From: an uncultured Methylomagnum sp.
GTDB lineage: Bacteria; Pseudomonadota; Gammaproteobacteria; Methylococcales; Methylomonadaceae
DNA: 64,000 nucleotides
NCBI GenBank assembly: GCA_964435245.1
Contig: CAYSYU010000020.1
Location: 14,071-78,070 of the forward strand
Reading direction: 5' to 3'
Both the position numbers and the translations under genes were made by a program. The notes under the pieces were generated by a model, which was not told the origin of the DNA, did not search any database, and saw only the letters and a list, made by a program, of their open reading frames with translations. Each line of letters opens with the position of its first letter. Position 1 is the stretch's first letter. Positions 55,877-64,000 of the stretch are shown here, piece after piece.

Positions 55877-58453
55877 CTAAAACTCCAAACGTATCGACCC
55901 CATTGCCGTCAGTGGCGCACCGGGGTAAATGCCGACACGCGGCGGTGCATTTTGAAAAGGATCGGTGGACTCGTAATAGGTTTTATCCAACAGGTTGCGG
56001 ATATTGAATTGGGTGATTAAACGCGAATCGCCGAGTTGATAAGCGTAACTGGCAAAGGCATCCAATCGGGCATAACCCGGTAAGACAAAAGTATTATCGT
56101 TATCGCCTTGCCGTTGCCCAGCGGCGAAAACACCCAAGCCAAAACTCAAGCCATTCAGCGGTTCATAGTGATGAAAATCGTATTTGAGCCACAAACTTCC
56201 AGAGTGTTCAGGGACATTGCTCAGGCGATTGCCCTGAATTCCGGAACCATCTTTGGTAATGCGTGCGTCAGTGAAGGCATAGTTGCCGATAACGCTGATT
56301 TCGTCGGTTATCTGCCCTGACATATCCAATTCAATGCCTTGGCTGCGCGCTTTGCCAATGGCCGCAAAATCGTTAAGGTTTGGGGTCCTAAAGTCGGGGG
56401 TCATGATATTTTCTTTGGTCAAATGGTAATAAGCCAAGGTTGTTGTCAACCGTTTATCGAAGAATTCCGTTTTCAGGCCTGCCTCAAATTGTTCACCAAT
56501 TTCAGGGTCGATAGTTGCACCACTTTCGGTGACACCATTGTTGGCATTGAACGAAGTCGTCCAGTTGCCATAGATGCTGGCCCACGTCCAAGGTTGGTAA
56601 AGAATTCCCACTCGCGGACTAAATCCTTCATCTTTTCGTGATGGCAAGGCGGCTTCGGCAGCACTGGATGAATTGCCTATGCCCAAACCGGTTGTCGCCC
56701 AATCATAGCGGCCGCCTGCCAGTATATGGACTTTATCCCAGAGCGTGATGTGATCCTGGAAATACATGCCATACCAATTATCCCTAAAAAGGTAATGGTT
56801 AGCGTCGCCATCGGAAGGAGTTGCCAGCGCCTTGGCGTAAAATGAAGGGTCAATGCCGTAAACAGGCTTGTAAATATCGATTTCCAAGCCTGGCACTGGA
56901 TCTTGATAGTTCCCATAGAATTCATAGGTGCCGACTGCCCGTAAATAATCGAAACCCACCAAGGTTTGATGGTTGATACCCCATAAATCAAATTTTCCGG
57001 CCAAATCCAGGTTGGTCGTATACGTTTCATTGTTGGATGTTTGGGAAAATATATTCCGCGAATAAGTGCGATTACGCTTACTCGGATCGAAAAACTGTTC
57101 GACAGTAAACGCATTGGCGGGTTTGACCGACGTGTTTTTATCATAAACATACGAATACAGGAAGCGGTTTCGCAATGTCCAATTTTCATTGAAGGCATGG
57201 GTTAAGTTGAAGCCTAAATTCACCTTGGCGTTGGTATCAACTGGATCGTTAGGGTCGATGAATGATCGGGTAACGGGAATTGGAGCCGGAAGATTGCCGA
57301 TAGCAAACAACCCCCTGTCAACTTGGTAATCCTCATGCAATGCCTCTACCTCCAAGGACATTTCGGTGGCAGCGCTGGGTCGCCACGTCAAAGATGGATT
57401 TACCAAAACCCGATCATTAAAATTGAAATCACGAAACGATCTGTTGTTTTGATAAGCGCCAGAAAAACGATAGCTTACCGACTTGTCTTGAGTAATGGCA
57501 TCGGTCGCATCCCATTCTGTCCGGTAGAAATCGTAAGAACCAAACCGCTGTTCCACAGAATAATAGGGTTCATTCCGAGGCTTTTTGGTGACTAAGTTCA
57601 CTAGGCCACCAGGCTCTATGCGTCCAAACAAGACCGCAGCCGGACCTTTAAGCACCTCGACCCGTTCCAGGTTGGCGGAATCGAATTGGGCTCCTTCCCC
57701 AATCCCCAAGCCATTAGAAACGAGACCATTACGAAAAACCCGACCATTCCTAAAACCTCGGGTAATAAAAGCATTACTTAGACCCAAAGACGATTGCGGA
57801 CGCACACTGCTGACATTCTCGAGCGCATCTTTGATGGTTGTTGTTTTTTGGTCGCTCATCACGGCTTTGGGCACCACCTGAATCGATACAGGCGTGTCAA
57901 AAATGGGGGTGTCGGTTTTGGTGGCGGTGGATGAATTCGCTACCGAATACGATTGGTTATATGGATCGCTGGTATTGTAGGGGTCATTAGAGTCATAATC
58001 CGCCTCCACTGTCACTTTCGGCAAGGTCGTATCGCTATTCGATTGTGGTTCGGACGTTACTTCGACATTGGTCGTCTTTCTAAAATTGGCATCCGGTTGC
58101 TCCACCGTCACGGTTTTGGCATCGACAAAGCGGTAGGTCACCCCACTGCCTTGCAGCAATCGTGATAAGGCTTGCGCCGAAGTCATACTCCCGTCCAGGC
58201 CGTTGCCGGTCAAGCCGCGTACCTGGTCGGCCGTGAACAGGATTTCCAGGCCGGAATCGGCGGCCAGCCGTAACAAGCCGCTGTCGAGCGCTTGCGCCGG
58301 GATGCGGTAATGACGGACACCCTCGTCCGCATTGGCGGTTCCGACCAGGGCGATCAAGCCGACTTGCAATCCGGTACAGAGCACCCTTAGTATTTTTGGG
58401 CTAATACTTAGCCATAAATGACTTTGATGCACCGGATTTTGCTTATCGCACAT
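55877..58453 (-). CDS. TonB-dependent transducer (siderophore/metallophore receptor with N-terminal STN signalling domain), copy 1
   Basis: Start moved to ATG 58453, with AAGGAGAG 6 nt upstream. The upstream 41 codons of the track ORF are a translated REP-like hairpin. The STN domain reads RIPAQALDSGLLRLAADSGLEILF...GSMTSAQALSRLLQGSGVTYRF. A plug, a 22-strand barrel and a terminal F follow. Confidence 0.93.
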   Translation of the reverse strand: MCDKQNPVHQSHLWLSISPKILRVLCTGLQVGLIALVGTANADEGVRHYRIPAQALDSGLLRLAADSGLEILFTADQVRGLTGNGLDGSMTSAQALSRLLQGSGVTYRFVDAKTVTVEQPDANFRKTTNVEVTSEPQSNSDTTLPKVTVEADYDSNDPYNTSDPYNQSYSVANSSTATKTDTPIFDTPVSIQVVPKAVMSDQKTTTIKDALENVSSVRPQSSLGLSNAFITRGFRNGRVFRNGLVSNGLGIGEGAQFDSANLERVEVLKGPAAVLFGRIEPGGLVNLVTKKPRNEPYYSVEQRFGSYDFYRTEWDATDAITQDKSVSYRFSGAYQNNRSFRDFNFNDRVLVNPSLTWRPSAATEMSLEVEALHEDYQVDRGLFAIGNLPAPIPVTRSFIDPNDPVDTNAKVNLGFNLTHAFNENWTLRNRFLYSYVYDKNTSVKPANAFTVEQFFDPSKRNRTYSRNIFSQTSNNETYTTNLDLAGKFDLWGINHQTLVGFDYLRAVGTYEFYGNYQDPVPGLEIDIYKPVYGIDPSFYAKALATPSDGDANHYLFRDNWYGMYFQDHITLWDKVHILAGGRYDWATTGLGIGNSSSAAEAALPSRKDEGFSPRVGILYQPWTWASIYGNWTTSFNANNGVTESGATIDPEIGEQFEAGLKTEFFDKRLTTTLAYYHLTKENIMTPDFRTPNLNDFAAIGKARSQGIELDMSGQITDEISVIGNYAFTDARITKDGSGIQGNRLSNVPEHSGSLWLKYDFHHYEPLNGLSFGLGVFAAGQRQGDNDNTFVLPGYARLDAFASYAYQLGDSRLITQFNIRNLLDKTYYESTDPFQNAPPRVGIYPGAPLTAMGSIRLEF

Positions 58454-58502
58454 ACGTTCTCTCCTTATTAATATTGTCATTAAGGAATCTATGAACAAGT
58501 CC

Positions 58503-58560
58503 TTCGACAAGCAGGACGAACGGCAGGGTGTTGATTCCGTTCGCGGTGAGCTTTGTCGAA
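58503..58560. repeat. REP-like extended hairpin in the fecR-receptor intergenic region
   Basis: TTCGACAAGCAGGACGAACGG-13 nt-CCGTTCGCGGTGAGCTTTGTCGAA. The arms are related to the internal arms of the MITE (CTTCGACAAGCTCAGCACGAACGG). Confidence 0.6.
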
Positions 58561-58673
58561 CCATAAATGGAATCAACTTGTTCAGAGCTTCGTTAACTAA
58601 GACGAACGAGGGTGCTATTTTATACAGTGCTTACGCAATTAATTACCGGTTGCCGGAATGGATAGTTTTGCCC

Positions 58674-59711
58674 TTAACGGTGCAACAGTACCCACAACGG
58701 CCCCAAGCGGGTTTCTTTTAGGCCCAATATTTTCCGCACTTTGGCAAGTGATGCCTCGGGGTCAGCCAGGGAAAACAAGCCGGTCACGCGCAGGTTGTTA
58801 AGGTTGGCGTCGCCCAGGAAGATACGGCCTGGACGGTAACGTTCAATTTCGGCGACTAATTCGGCGAGCGGACGATCCTTGACGATGACCCGGCGTTGCC
58901 GCCAGGCACCGGTGAGTTCATCGTCGGCTGTTTCTGGGGAGGCCAGTGTGCCGCTGCCGCTGGCGTAGTGCAATTGCTGGCCTTGCTGGATGTGCATTAG
59001 CGGTTTTTGCAGGACGTTGCCGCCATCGGACAGGCTGGCGGCAACGGCATGTTCCTGGACGGCGACGTCGATATCGCCGGATGTTTTCCGGTAGACTTCA
59101 AACACCGTACCCAGGGCGTGTACTTGGAGTTCGCCCACGCTGACCGTAAACGGGCGGGCTTTATCCCCGGCTACGGTAAACTGGGCTTGGCCGTGGTGGA
59201 GGATGATTTGCCGATTGTCGTCTTGGTAATCCACAGAGACTGCTGTATCGGTGTTCAAGAGCAAGCGGCTGCCGTCGGCAAGCGGGATGGTACGTTGTAC
59301 TCCTGTTCCGGTATGGAAGTCGCTGAGGTAAGCGTCCCACAGGCTGGCTTGTTGTGGCAGCACCAAGGTGACCACAAACAACCAAACGGCGGCCAAAGCT
59401 AAAGGGATTGCCAGCCAGCGTGCAGGACGGCGCTTAAACGACAGTGGGTAGGCGACGGTGACGGCATATTCCCTCACACCATCTGGGATAGGTTTTGCGA
59501 CCGCTGATTTTATTTGCACGGCTTGGGTCATGGCGTCGAACAGGTCTTCGGCGTTGGCGAAGGCGTGGGCATGGCTCAGGTCGTACGAGAGCCAATCGGC
59601 AAATTCCTGGGTTTCAGTCTCGGTCAATTCGTGGGTACGCAGCCTGATAAGCCATTCGATGGCCTGTTGTTGCAATTGAGGCAAGTTGGCATCGTCGCTA
59701 TCGGTGGGCAT
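58674..59711 (-). CDS. FecR-family anti-sigma/sigma regulator, copy 2
   Basis: 345 aa, a paralogue of 54346..55380. Shared blocks include HHGQ.QFTV, RPF.V..G.L.V.ALGTVFEVYRKT and VQEHAVAA. Confidence 0.9.
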   Translation of the reverse strand: MPTDSDDANLPQLQQQAIEWLIRLRTHELTETETQEFADWLSYDLSHAHAFANAEDLFDAMTQAVQIKSAVAKPIPDGVREYAVTVAYPLSFKRRPARWLAIPLALAAVWLFVVTLVLPQQASLWDAYLSDFHTGTGVQRTIPLADGSRLLLNTDTAVSVDYQDDNRQIILHHGQAQFTVAGDKARPFTVSVGELQVHALGTVFEVYRKTSGDIDVAVQEHAVAASLSDGGNVLQKPLMHIQQGQQLHYASGSGTLASPETADDELTGAWRQRRVIVKDRPLAELVAEIERYRPGRIFLGDANLNNLRVTGLFSLADPEASLAKVRKILGLKETRLGPLWVLLHR

Positions 59712-59781
59712 TAAGGCGTTCAGAGGAAATCCGGGGCGTTACTGAGTAAGACGTTTGACAGGCTCAAAATATTCGCCTTGT

Positions 59782-60324
59782 TCAAGATTTGGGTTCATTC
59801 TGGGCATTCAGCGTGAGCTGGCAATGACTCATGGCCTTAATCAGCAGACGGTAAACTTTGACCTGGGAAACGCCTAAGCGGGCGGCGATTTGGGCTTGCG
59901 TCAGGCCTTCGAGGCTTTGCATGATAAAAGCGTTGCGGCAGTCCACGGGGAGTTCTTCTAGCGCGGCATACACCAGTTGCAACTGTTGGCGGGCCATGGC
60001 AATCCGTTCCGGCCCGGTGTCTGCCAAGGTTTGTGCATTGGGAAGTCGGCAGGATTCATGTTCCTCATCGACCATGACTTTTTGCTGGACTTTCATTTTT
60101 CGCTGGTAATCGGTCGCCAAATTAACGGCAATGCTAAATGCCAAGGCTCGGGCGTTATTGGGCGGTGTCGATTGGATGAATTGGTGGAAACGCAGGAAGG
60201 TTTCATGCGTCAAGTCAGCGGCGGCTTCCTGGCATTTGATCCGCCCCGCAAAAAAGCTCAACAAATCCTCTGCCAGGGCTTCGTTCCAGTATAAAGCCAT
60301 ATCGGGAGGCGGTGATGTTGTCAT
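59782..60324 (-). CDS. ECF (FecI-type) RNA polymerase sigma factor, copy 2
   Basis: Track start is TTG 60330; ATG 60324 is preferred. The N-terminal half is nearly identical to copy 1 (ALYWNEALAEDLL.FFA.R.KCQ.AAADLTHET.LRFHQ; NARALAFSIAVNLATDYQRK). Confidence 0.9.
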   Translation of the reverse strand: MTTSPPPDMALYWNEALAEDLLSFFAGRIKCQEAAADLTHETFLRFHQFIQSTPPNNARALAFSIAVNLATDYQRKMKVQQKVMVDEEHESCRLPNAQTLADTGPERIAMARQQLQLVYAALEELPVDCRNAFIMQSLEGLTQAQIAARLGVSQVKVYRLLIKAMSHCQLTLNAQNEPKS

Positions 60325-60360
60325 AATCAATGCGGTAGATTGGTTAAGCTTAATTTTCGG

Positions 60361-60375
60361 GCATTATCTTATGAA
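60361..60375 (-). promoter_or_regulatory. second copy of the TTCATAAGATAATGC motif, 36 nt upstream of the sigma-2 ATG
   Basis: The plus strand reads GCATTATCTTATGAA. The spacing to the start codon is the same as in copy 1. Confidence 0.35.
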
Positions 60376-60745
60376 TCGTTTACCAGCGCTAATAATTTGA
60401 TTTTTAATCAGCGAGGTAACCGCGTTTCCGATTTTTGTAAGAAAACTGGGTGTTTGAAATAGACAGCGATTTTTTATGATTTTGGTTTATTCGCTTTTCC
60501 ACGCAGTATTGCGATATTGACATTGTATTTCTGTATGGGCTTTTTGGCATTTTCCACACGATTTTGAAATACTAAAAAACAGTAGCACAAAGTTACCACA
60601 TCATCTTATTGATATTAATAACTTATTTTAATATTCAGCAGCATTTCAACAATCCCTAACAATTTTATTTCAAATTACCGTGAGAGATTGGGCTGGTAAA
60701 ACGTGTTAGTAAAGTAAGAAGCCATTTTTTACGCAAGGAGAACAC

Positions 60746-63250
60746 ATGCCCCCAACCTTTTTTCAACCAATAGTCGAGCAAACGAGCAAGCTTTTTTCCT
60801 GCTCATTATTCGCCGCGCTAATGCTGCTTAATAGCGCAACTGCCTTAGCCGACGGCAACGTCCGCCCATACGATATCCCGGCACAATCGCTCAACAACGC
60901 CCTGATGCAGTTTGCCGCCGACTCCGACCTCAAACTCTTGTTTACCGCTGATAAGGTGCGCGGGCTTGATACCAATGGGCTAAACGGCAGTATGACTCCA
61001 GCGCAAGCCTTATCCCAACTGCTGCAAGGCAGCGGGATGACTTACCGCTTTGTCGACGCCAAGACCGTGACCATCGACCCACCGCCAAACAATTTGATAA
61101 AAACCGCCAACACGGTACAAAACCACGAGCCGCAATCCAGCGGCGATGGCCAGACGATGCCGAAAGTCACGGTTGAGGCGGATGAAGAAGTTGATCCTTA
61201 CGATCCGGCCAATACCGCTGATCCATACAATAAATCTTACACATCTAGCAGTACGCGAACAGCCACTAAAACCGATACGCCGATCATGGAAACCCCGTTT
61301 TCCGTGAAGACGGTAACCCAACAAGTCTTAAAGGATCAACAAGCTGTCCGTATCGAAAAGGCAATGCAAAACGCCAGCGGTGTCGTGCGTACATCTGGCA
61401 TAGGGAATGGTACTGATTCTTTTAATATTCGGGGGTTTAATAACACGACTGTCTATCGTAATGGGGTGCTTTTCCCATCGTCTTTCAATTCCAGCGGGAT
61501 CGGTTTGAAGCGCGATCTTGCCAACATTCAAAGCATAGATGTATTGAAAGGCCCTGCATCGATACTTTTCGGACGGACGCAACCCGGCGGCATTGTCAAC
61601 ATTACCACCAAGCAGCCTTTAGCAAAACCTTACTATTCCTTGGGACAACAATTCGGCTCCTTTGATTTCTACCGCACGACATTAGATGCCACGGGCCCAA
61701 TTACCGAGGACGGGAATTTACTTTATCGCTTCAACTTAGGTTACGAAAACTCGGATTCGTTTGAGGACTTTGTCTATAACGATAGAGTGCTGGTGGCACC
61801 AGTGCTGAAATGGAATGTCAGTCCACAAACGCAAATCACGTTTGAATTGGAATATCTGCATTCCGACGACTCACTACAAAACGGTATCCCTCCAATTGTT
61901 GGAACAAATCGCCCTGCGCCGGTTAGCCGCGGTTTGAGCTTAGGAGAGCCCTGGTCTGGGGAATTCACTAACGATCTGTTGGTAGGCATGAACTGGTCGC
62001 ATGCGTTTAATGACAGTTGGACATTGCGTCACCGATTTTTGGTCGATTTTCTCGACCAGGGCGGAAAAGCCGGGTCATTTGCTTTAACAGACGCTCAGCC
62101 GGACGGGACTGTGAATCGCGCTGCCGCCCAGATTATTGGCGGCCCCAAAGCCGATAGGTACTTTAACACGGTTGACCTAACCGGAAAGTTTGATACGGGT
62201 TCCGTCAAGCATACTTTAATGATTGGCGGCGATTATTACCGGACGGATGAGTCATTGGTTAACCAATATTGCTGTCCAGAGATCACCCAAACACCGTCTT
62301 TTAATATTTTTAGACCAATACATACCAATGCTCCACCGCCCAATTTATTAACCCCTGCAAATGCTTTCGGCCCGCTTAATTGGACAACCGAATGGTACGG
62401 CATTTACCTGCAAGATCAACTAGAACTACCCTTCGACCTATATGCATTGGGAGGTCTGCGTTATGACAACGCTGTCACGCATGATAATATAGCAGGCAAG
62501 GTCAGCAATGACGACGACAAAATAAGCCCGAGGGGTGGTCTATTATGGCAGCCACTGAAGTGGTTATCCGTTTATGGCAGCTATTCTGAGAATTTCGGAA
62601 CCTCGAATGGCTTTAAATCAGGCAAACCCTTGCCCTTCGAAAAAGCCCAACAATGGGAAACCGGATTAAAAACTTCATTTTGGGATGACCGCTTGACGGC
62701 TACCTTTTCGTATTTCGAACTGACGAAACAAAACACCAGCATCCAGGATCCCAATGATCGGCCATTCGGGACTATCGCGGCAGGAGAGCAGGAAAGCCAC
62801 GGAGTTGAATTCGATGTAGCCGGCGAAATATTGCCGGGTTCGCAAATCATCGCAAATTACGCTTATACCCCATTCGCCGAGATTACTAAAAGCAATCCGA
62901 TCTCTTTCCCACCCGTGGGTAGCCGATTCGCCAATGTGCCTCTTCATAACGGCAATTTTTGGAGTACTTATGAATTTACGGAAGGTCAATTGAAAGGCTT
63001 TAAGTTTGGCGCGGGCGTCAACACCGTCAGCCAACGGCAAGGCAATCCAGGAAACTCCTGGCAAATTCCTGGGTACACCATTGTCAACTTAATGGCAAGT
63101 TATAGCTTTAACATAGGCAAAGCTGTAACCCATTTCCAGTTGAATGTCGATAATCTCCTCGACCACACTTATTTTTCTGGAACTGACGACAATACGGCTT
63201 ATTACGGCACACCACGTTCATTTATGGGATCGGTGCGGGTTGAATATTGA
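60746..63250 (+). CDS. TonB-dependent transducer with STN signalling domain, copy 2
   Basis: 834 aa with a signal peptide. The STN domain reads DIPAQSLNNALMQFAADSDLKLLF...GSMTPAQALSQLLQGSGMTYRF. A plug and barrel follow, with a terminal aromatic residue (RVEY). It is divergent from sigma-2. Confidence 0.93.
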   Translation: MPPTFFQPIVEQTSKLFSCSLFAALMLLNSATALADGNVRPYDIPAQSLNNALMQFAADSDLKLLFTADKVRGLDTNGLNGSMTPAQALSQLLQGSGMTYRFVDAKTVTIDPPPNNLIKTANTVQNHEPQSSGDGQTMPKVTVEADEEVDPYDPANTADPYNKSYTSSSTRTATKTDTPIMETPFSVKTVTQQVLKDQQAVRIEKAMQNASGVVRTSGIGNGTDSFNIRGFNNTTVYRNGVLFPSSFNSSGIGLKRDLANIQSIDVLKGPASILFGRTQPGGIVNITTKQPLAKPYYSLGQQFGSFDFYRTTLDATGPITEDGNLLYRFNLGYENSDSFEDFVYNDRVLVAPVLKWNVSPQTQITFELEYLHSDDSLQNGIPPIVGTNRPAPVSRGLSLGEPWSGEFTNDLLVGMNWSHAFNDSWTLRHRFLVDFLDQGGKAGSFALTDAQPDGTVNRAAAQIIGGPKADRYFNTVDLTGKFDTGSVKHTLMIGGDYYRTDESLVNQYCCPEITQTPSFNIFRPIHTNAPPPNLLTPANAFGPLNWTTEWYGIYLQDQLELPFDLYALGGLRYDNAVTHDNIAGKVSNDDDKISPRGGLLWQPLKWLSVYGSYSENFGTSNGFKSGKPLPFEKAQQWETGLKTSFWDDRLTATFSYFELTKQNTSIQDPNDRPFGTIAAGEQESHGVEFDVAGEILPGSQIIANYAYTPFAEITKSNPISFPPVGSRFANVPLHNGNFWSTYEFTEGQLKGFKFGAGVNTVSQRQGNPGNSWQIPGYTIVNLMASYSFNIGKAVTHFQLNVDNLLDHTYFSGTDDNTAYYGTPRSFMGSVRVEY

Positions 63251-63332
63251 CACTAAACTATAACAAGAAGTGACCGTATAAACGGACAAATGAACTTCCT
63301 GTAGATTTGAAGTGATTCATTTATTGCCTTTT

Positions 63333-64000
63333 ATGAGCGCAGGCAAGAAATTTACAAAATATCGCAAACTATGGCTGCAAGTCCATATTTACATCGGCCT
63401 GACTTTTGGGGGCATGTTTGCTGTTATTGGACTGACTGGCAGCCTGATTGTTTTCTGGCAACCCATTGATGCGGCGCTAAATCCAGTGTTGTTTGAAAAA
63501 ACTTCTGGTTGCGCCGAGGCGGCTTACCGCCCGTTGGATGAGTTGATTGAAGCCATCAATAGCCATGCACCCGCCAAGGGGCAACTGCGGTCACTCTTCT
63601 TCCCTGACCCTGAGCGAGGATTGTTCACAGCCACTTTCCATGTGCCTGCACCCGGCGCGGATTGGGACGACCGCTATTCCGTATTTGTCGATCCCTGTAG
63701 CGGGGTGGTGAGAGGCCCGCGGTTTCTGGATAGCCAATTGAAGGCCTGGGGTGGCTCGTTGATAAAAGTTATTAACCGGATACATGTTTCTTTGCTCCTC
63801 AATTTTCCGGGCTTATGGCTGGGCAATCATCTGCTCAGCTTTGGCAGTGTTTTACTTATGGTTTCGATTTTAATCGGCGGTTACTTATGGTGGCCGCGCA
63901 ATGGCCGGTGGTTGAAGGCTTTAACATTCAAACGCAATGCCAGCGCGGAAAGGTTAAACTACGATTTGCATAAAACTTTCGGAATTCTTACAGGATTATT
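63333..64000 (+). CDS. PepSY-associated TM protein (PiuB/FoxB-like), 3' end cut by window edge
   Basis: Not in the ORF track. My translation from ATG 63333 reads MSAGKKFTKYRKLWLQVHIYIGLTFGGMFAVIGLTGSLIVFWQPIDAALNP...RIHVSLLLNFPGLWLGNHLLSFGSVLLMVSILIGGYLWWPRNG...YDLHKTFGIL and is open to the end of the window. The pattern is typical of PepSY-TM proteins. Confidence 0.8.
   Translation, partial: MSAGKKFTKYRKLWLQVHIYIGLTFGGMFAVIGLTGSLIVFWQPIDAALNPVLFEKTSGCAEAAYRPLDELIEAINSHAPAKGQLRSLFFPDPERGLFTATFHVPAPGADWDDRYSVFVDPCSGVVRGPRFLDSQLKAWGGSLIKVINRIHVSLLLNFPGLWLGNHLLSFGSVLLMVSILIGGYLWWPRNGRWLKALTFKRNASAERLNYDLHKTFGILTGL

Noticed and set aside
60605-60620. Fur box in the sigma-2 / receptor-2 divergent promoter region (TTATTGATATTAATAA)
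   Set aside because: It matches only about 11 of 19 positions of the Fur consensus in an AT-rich background, which is too weak to call without a matrix scan.
53729-63250. Complete methanobactin (mbn) or siderophore biosynthesis cluster
   Set aside because: Only regulatory and uptake-type genes (sigma, FecR, TonB receptors, PepSY) are present. There is no small precursor ORF with adjacent MbnB/MbnC-like genes, and no NRPS or NIS genes.

Overview
This 64-kb window looks like chromosomal DNA from a Gram-negative bacterium, probably a gammaproteobacterium. Squalene-hopene cyclase, a VPLPA-CTERM protein and an SmbP-like protein recall Methylococcales-type methanotrophs, but I cannot verify that here. 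I saw no rRNA, tRNA or CRISPR array.

Layout from left to right:
- 1-9.4 kb: a partial Crp/Fnr regulator, small secreted stress and metal-binding proteins (SmbP-like, two CsbD), squalene-hopene cyclase, a decayed IS66-family element carrying a nested MITE, and a His-rich VPLPA-CTERM protein.
- 9.5-21.3 kb: mgtE, an orphan ParA-like ATPase, a CHAD-domain protein, sixA, and a Pho-box-preceded pstSCAB-phoU operon with unusually long PstC and PstA.
- 21.4-26.8 kb: a giant DUF748/AsmA-like protein downstream of glnK-amtB.
- 26.9-35.6 kb: a tightly packed three-gene unit (FecR-TPR-beta-barrel outer-membrane protein, Cys-rich secreted protein, PAS-GGDEF-EAL sensor). A degenerate EAL-like gene lies upstream, behind a terminator-containing leader.
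- 36.1-48.1 kb: a sulfur island. It holds a family 2A encapsulin operon (serine O-acetyltransferase, shell protein, cysteine desulfurase with an N-terminal cargo-loading extension) and a fatty-acid-hydroxylase::DUF2934 gene broken by one in-frame TGA. It also holds yezD, an alginate-export-type porin, sbp-cysTWA and a cysB-like regulator.
- 48-53 kb: an oxyR-like gene, IS3 and IS982 remnants, and CDGSH, YidB and DUF2782 genes, plus an intact paralogue of the hydroxylase::DUF2934 fusion.
- 53.7-64 kb: two paralogous ECF-sigma/FecR/TonB-dependent-transducer cell-surface-signalling sets in mirrored arrangement, and a partial PepSY protein.

The most notable system is the encapsulin desulfurase compartment. 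Its family is already described, and its embedding in the sulfate-assimilation regulon is clear here. The most plausible undescribed candidates are the FecR-TPR-barrel / Cys-rich protein / c-di-GMP enzyme operon and the orphan ParA + CHAD (polyphosphate) pairing. All functional calls rest on my recognition of motifs in the supplied translations. No database search was run.
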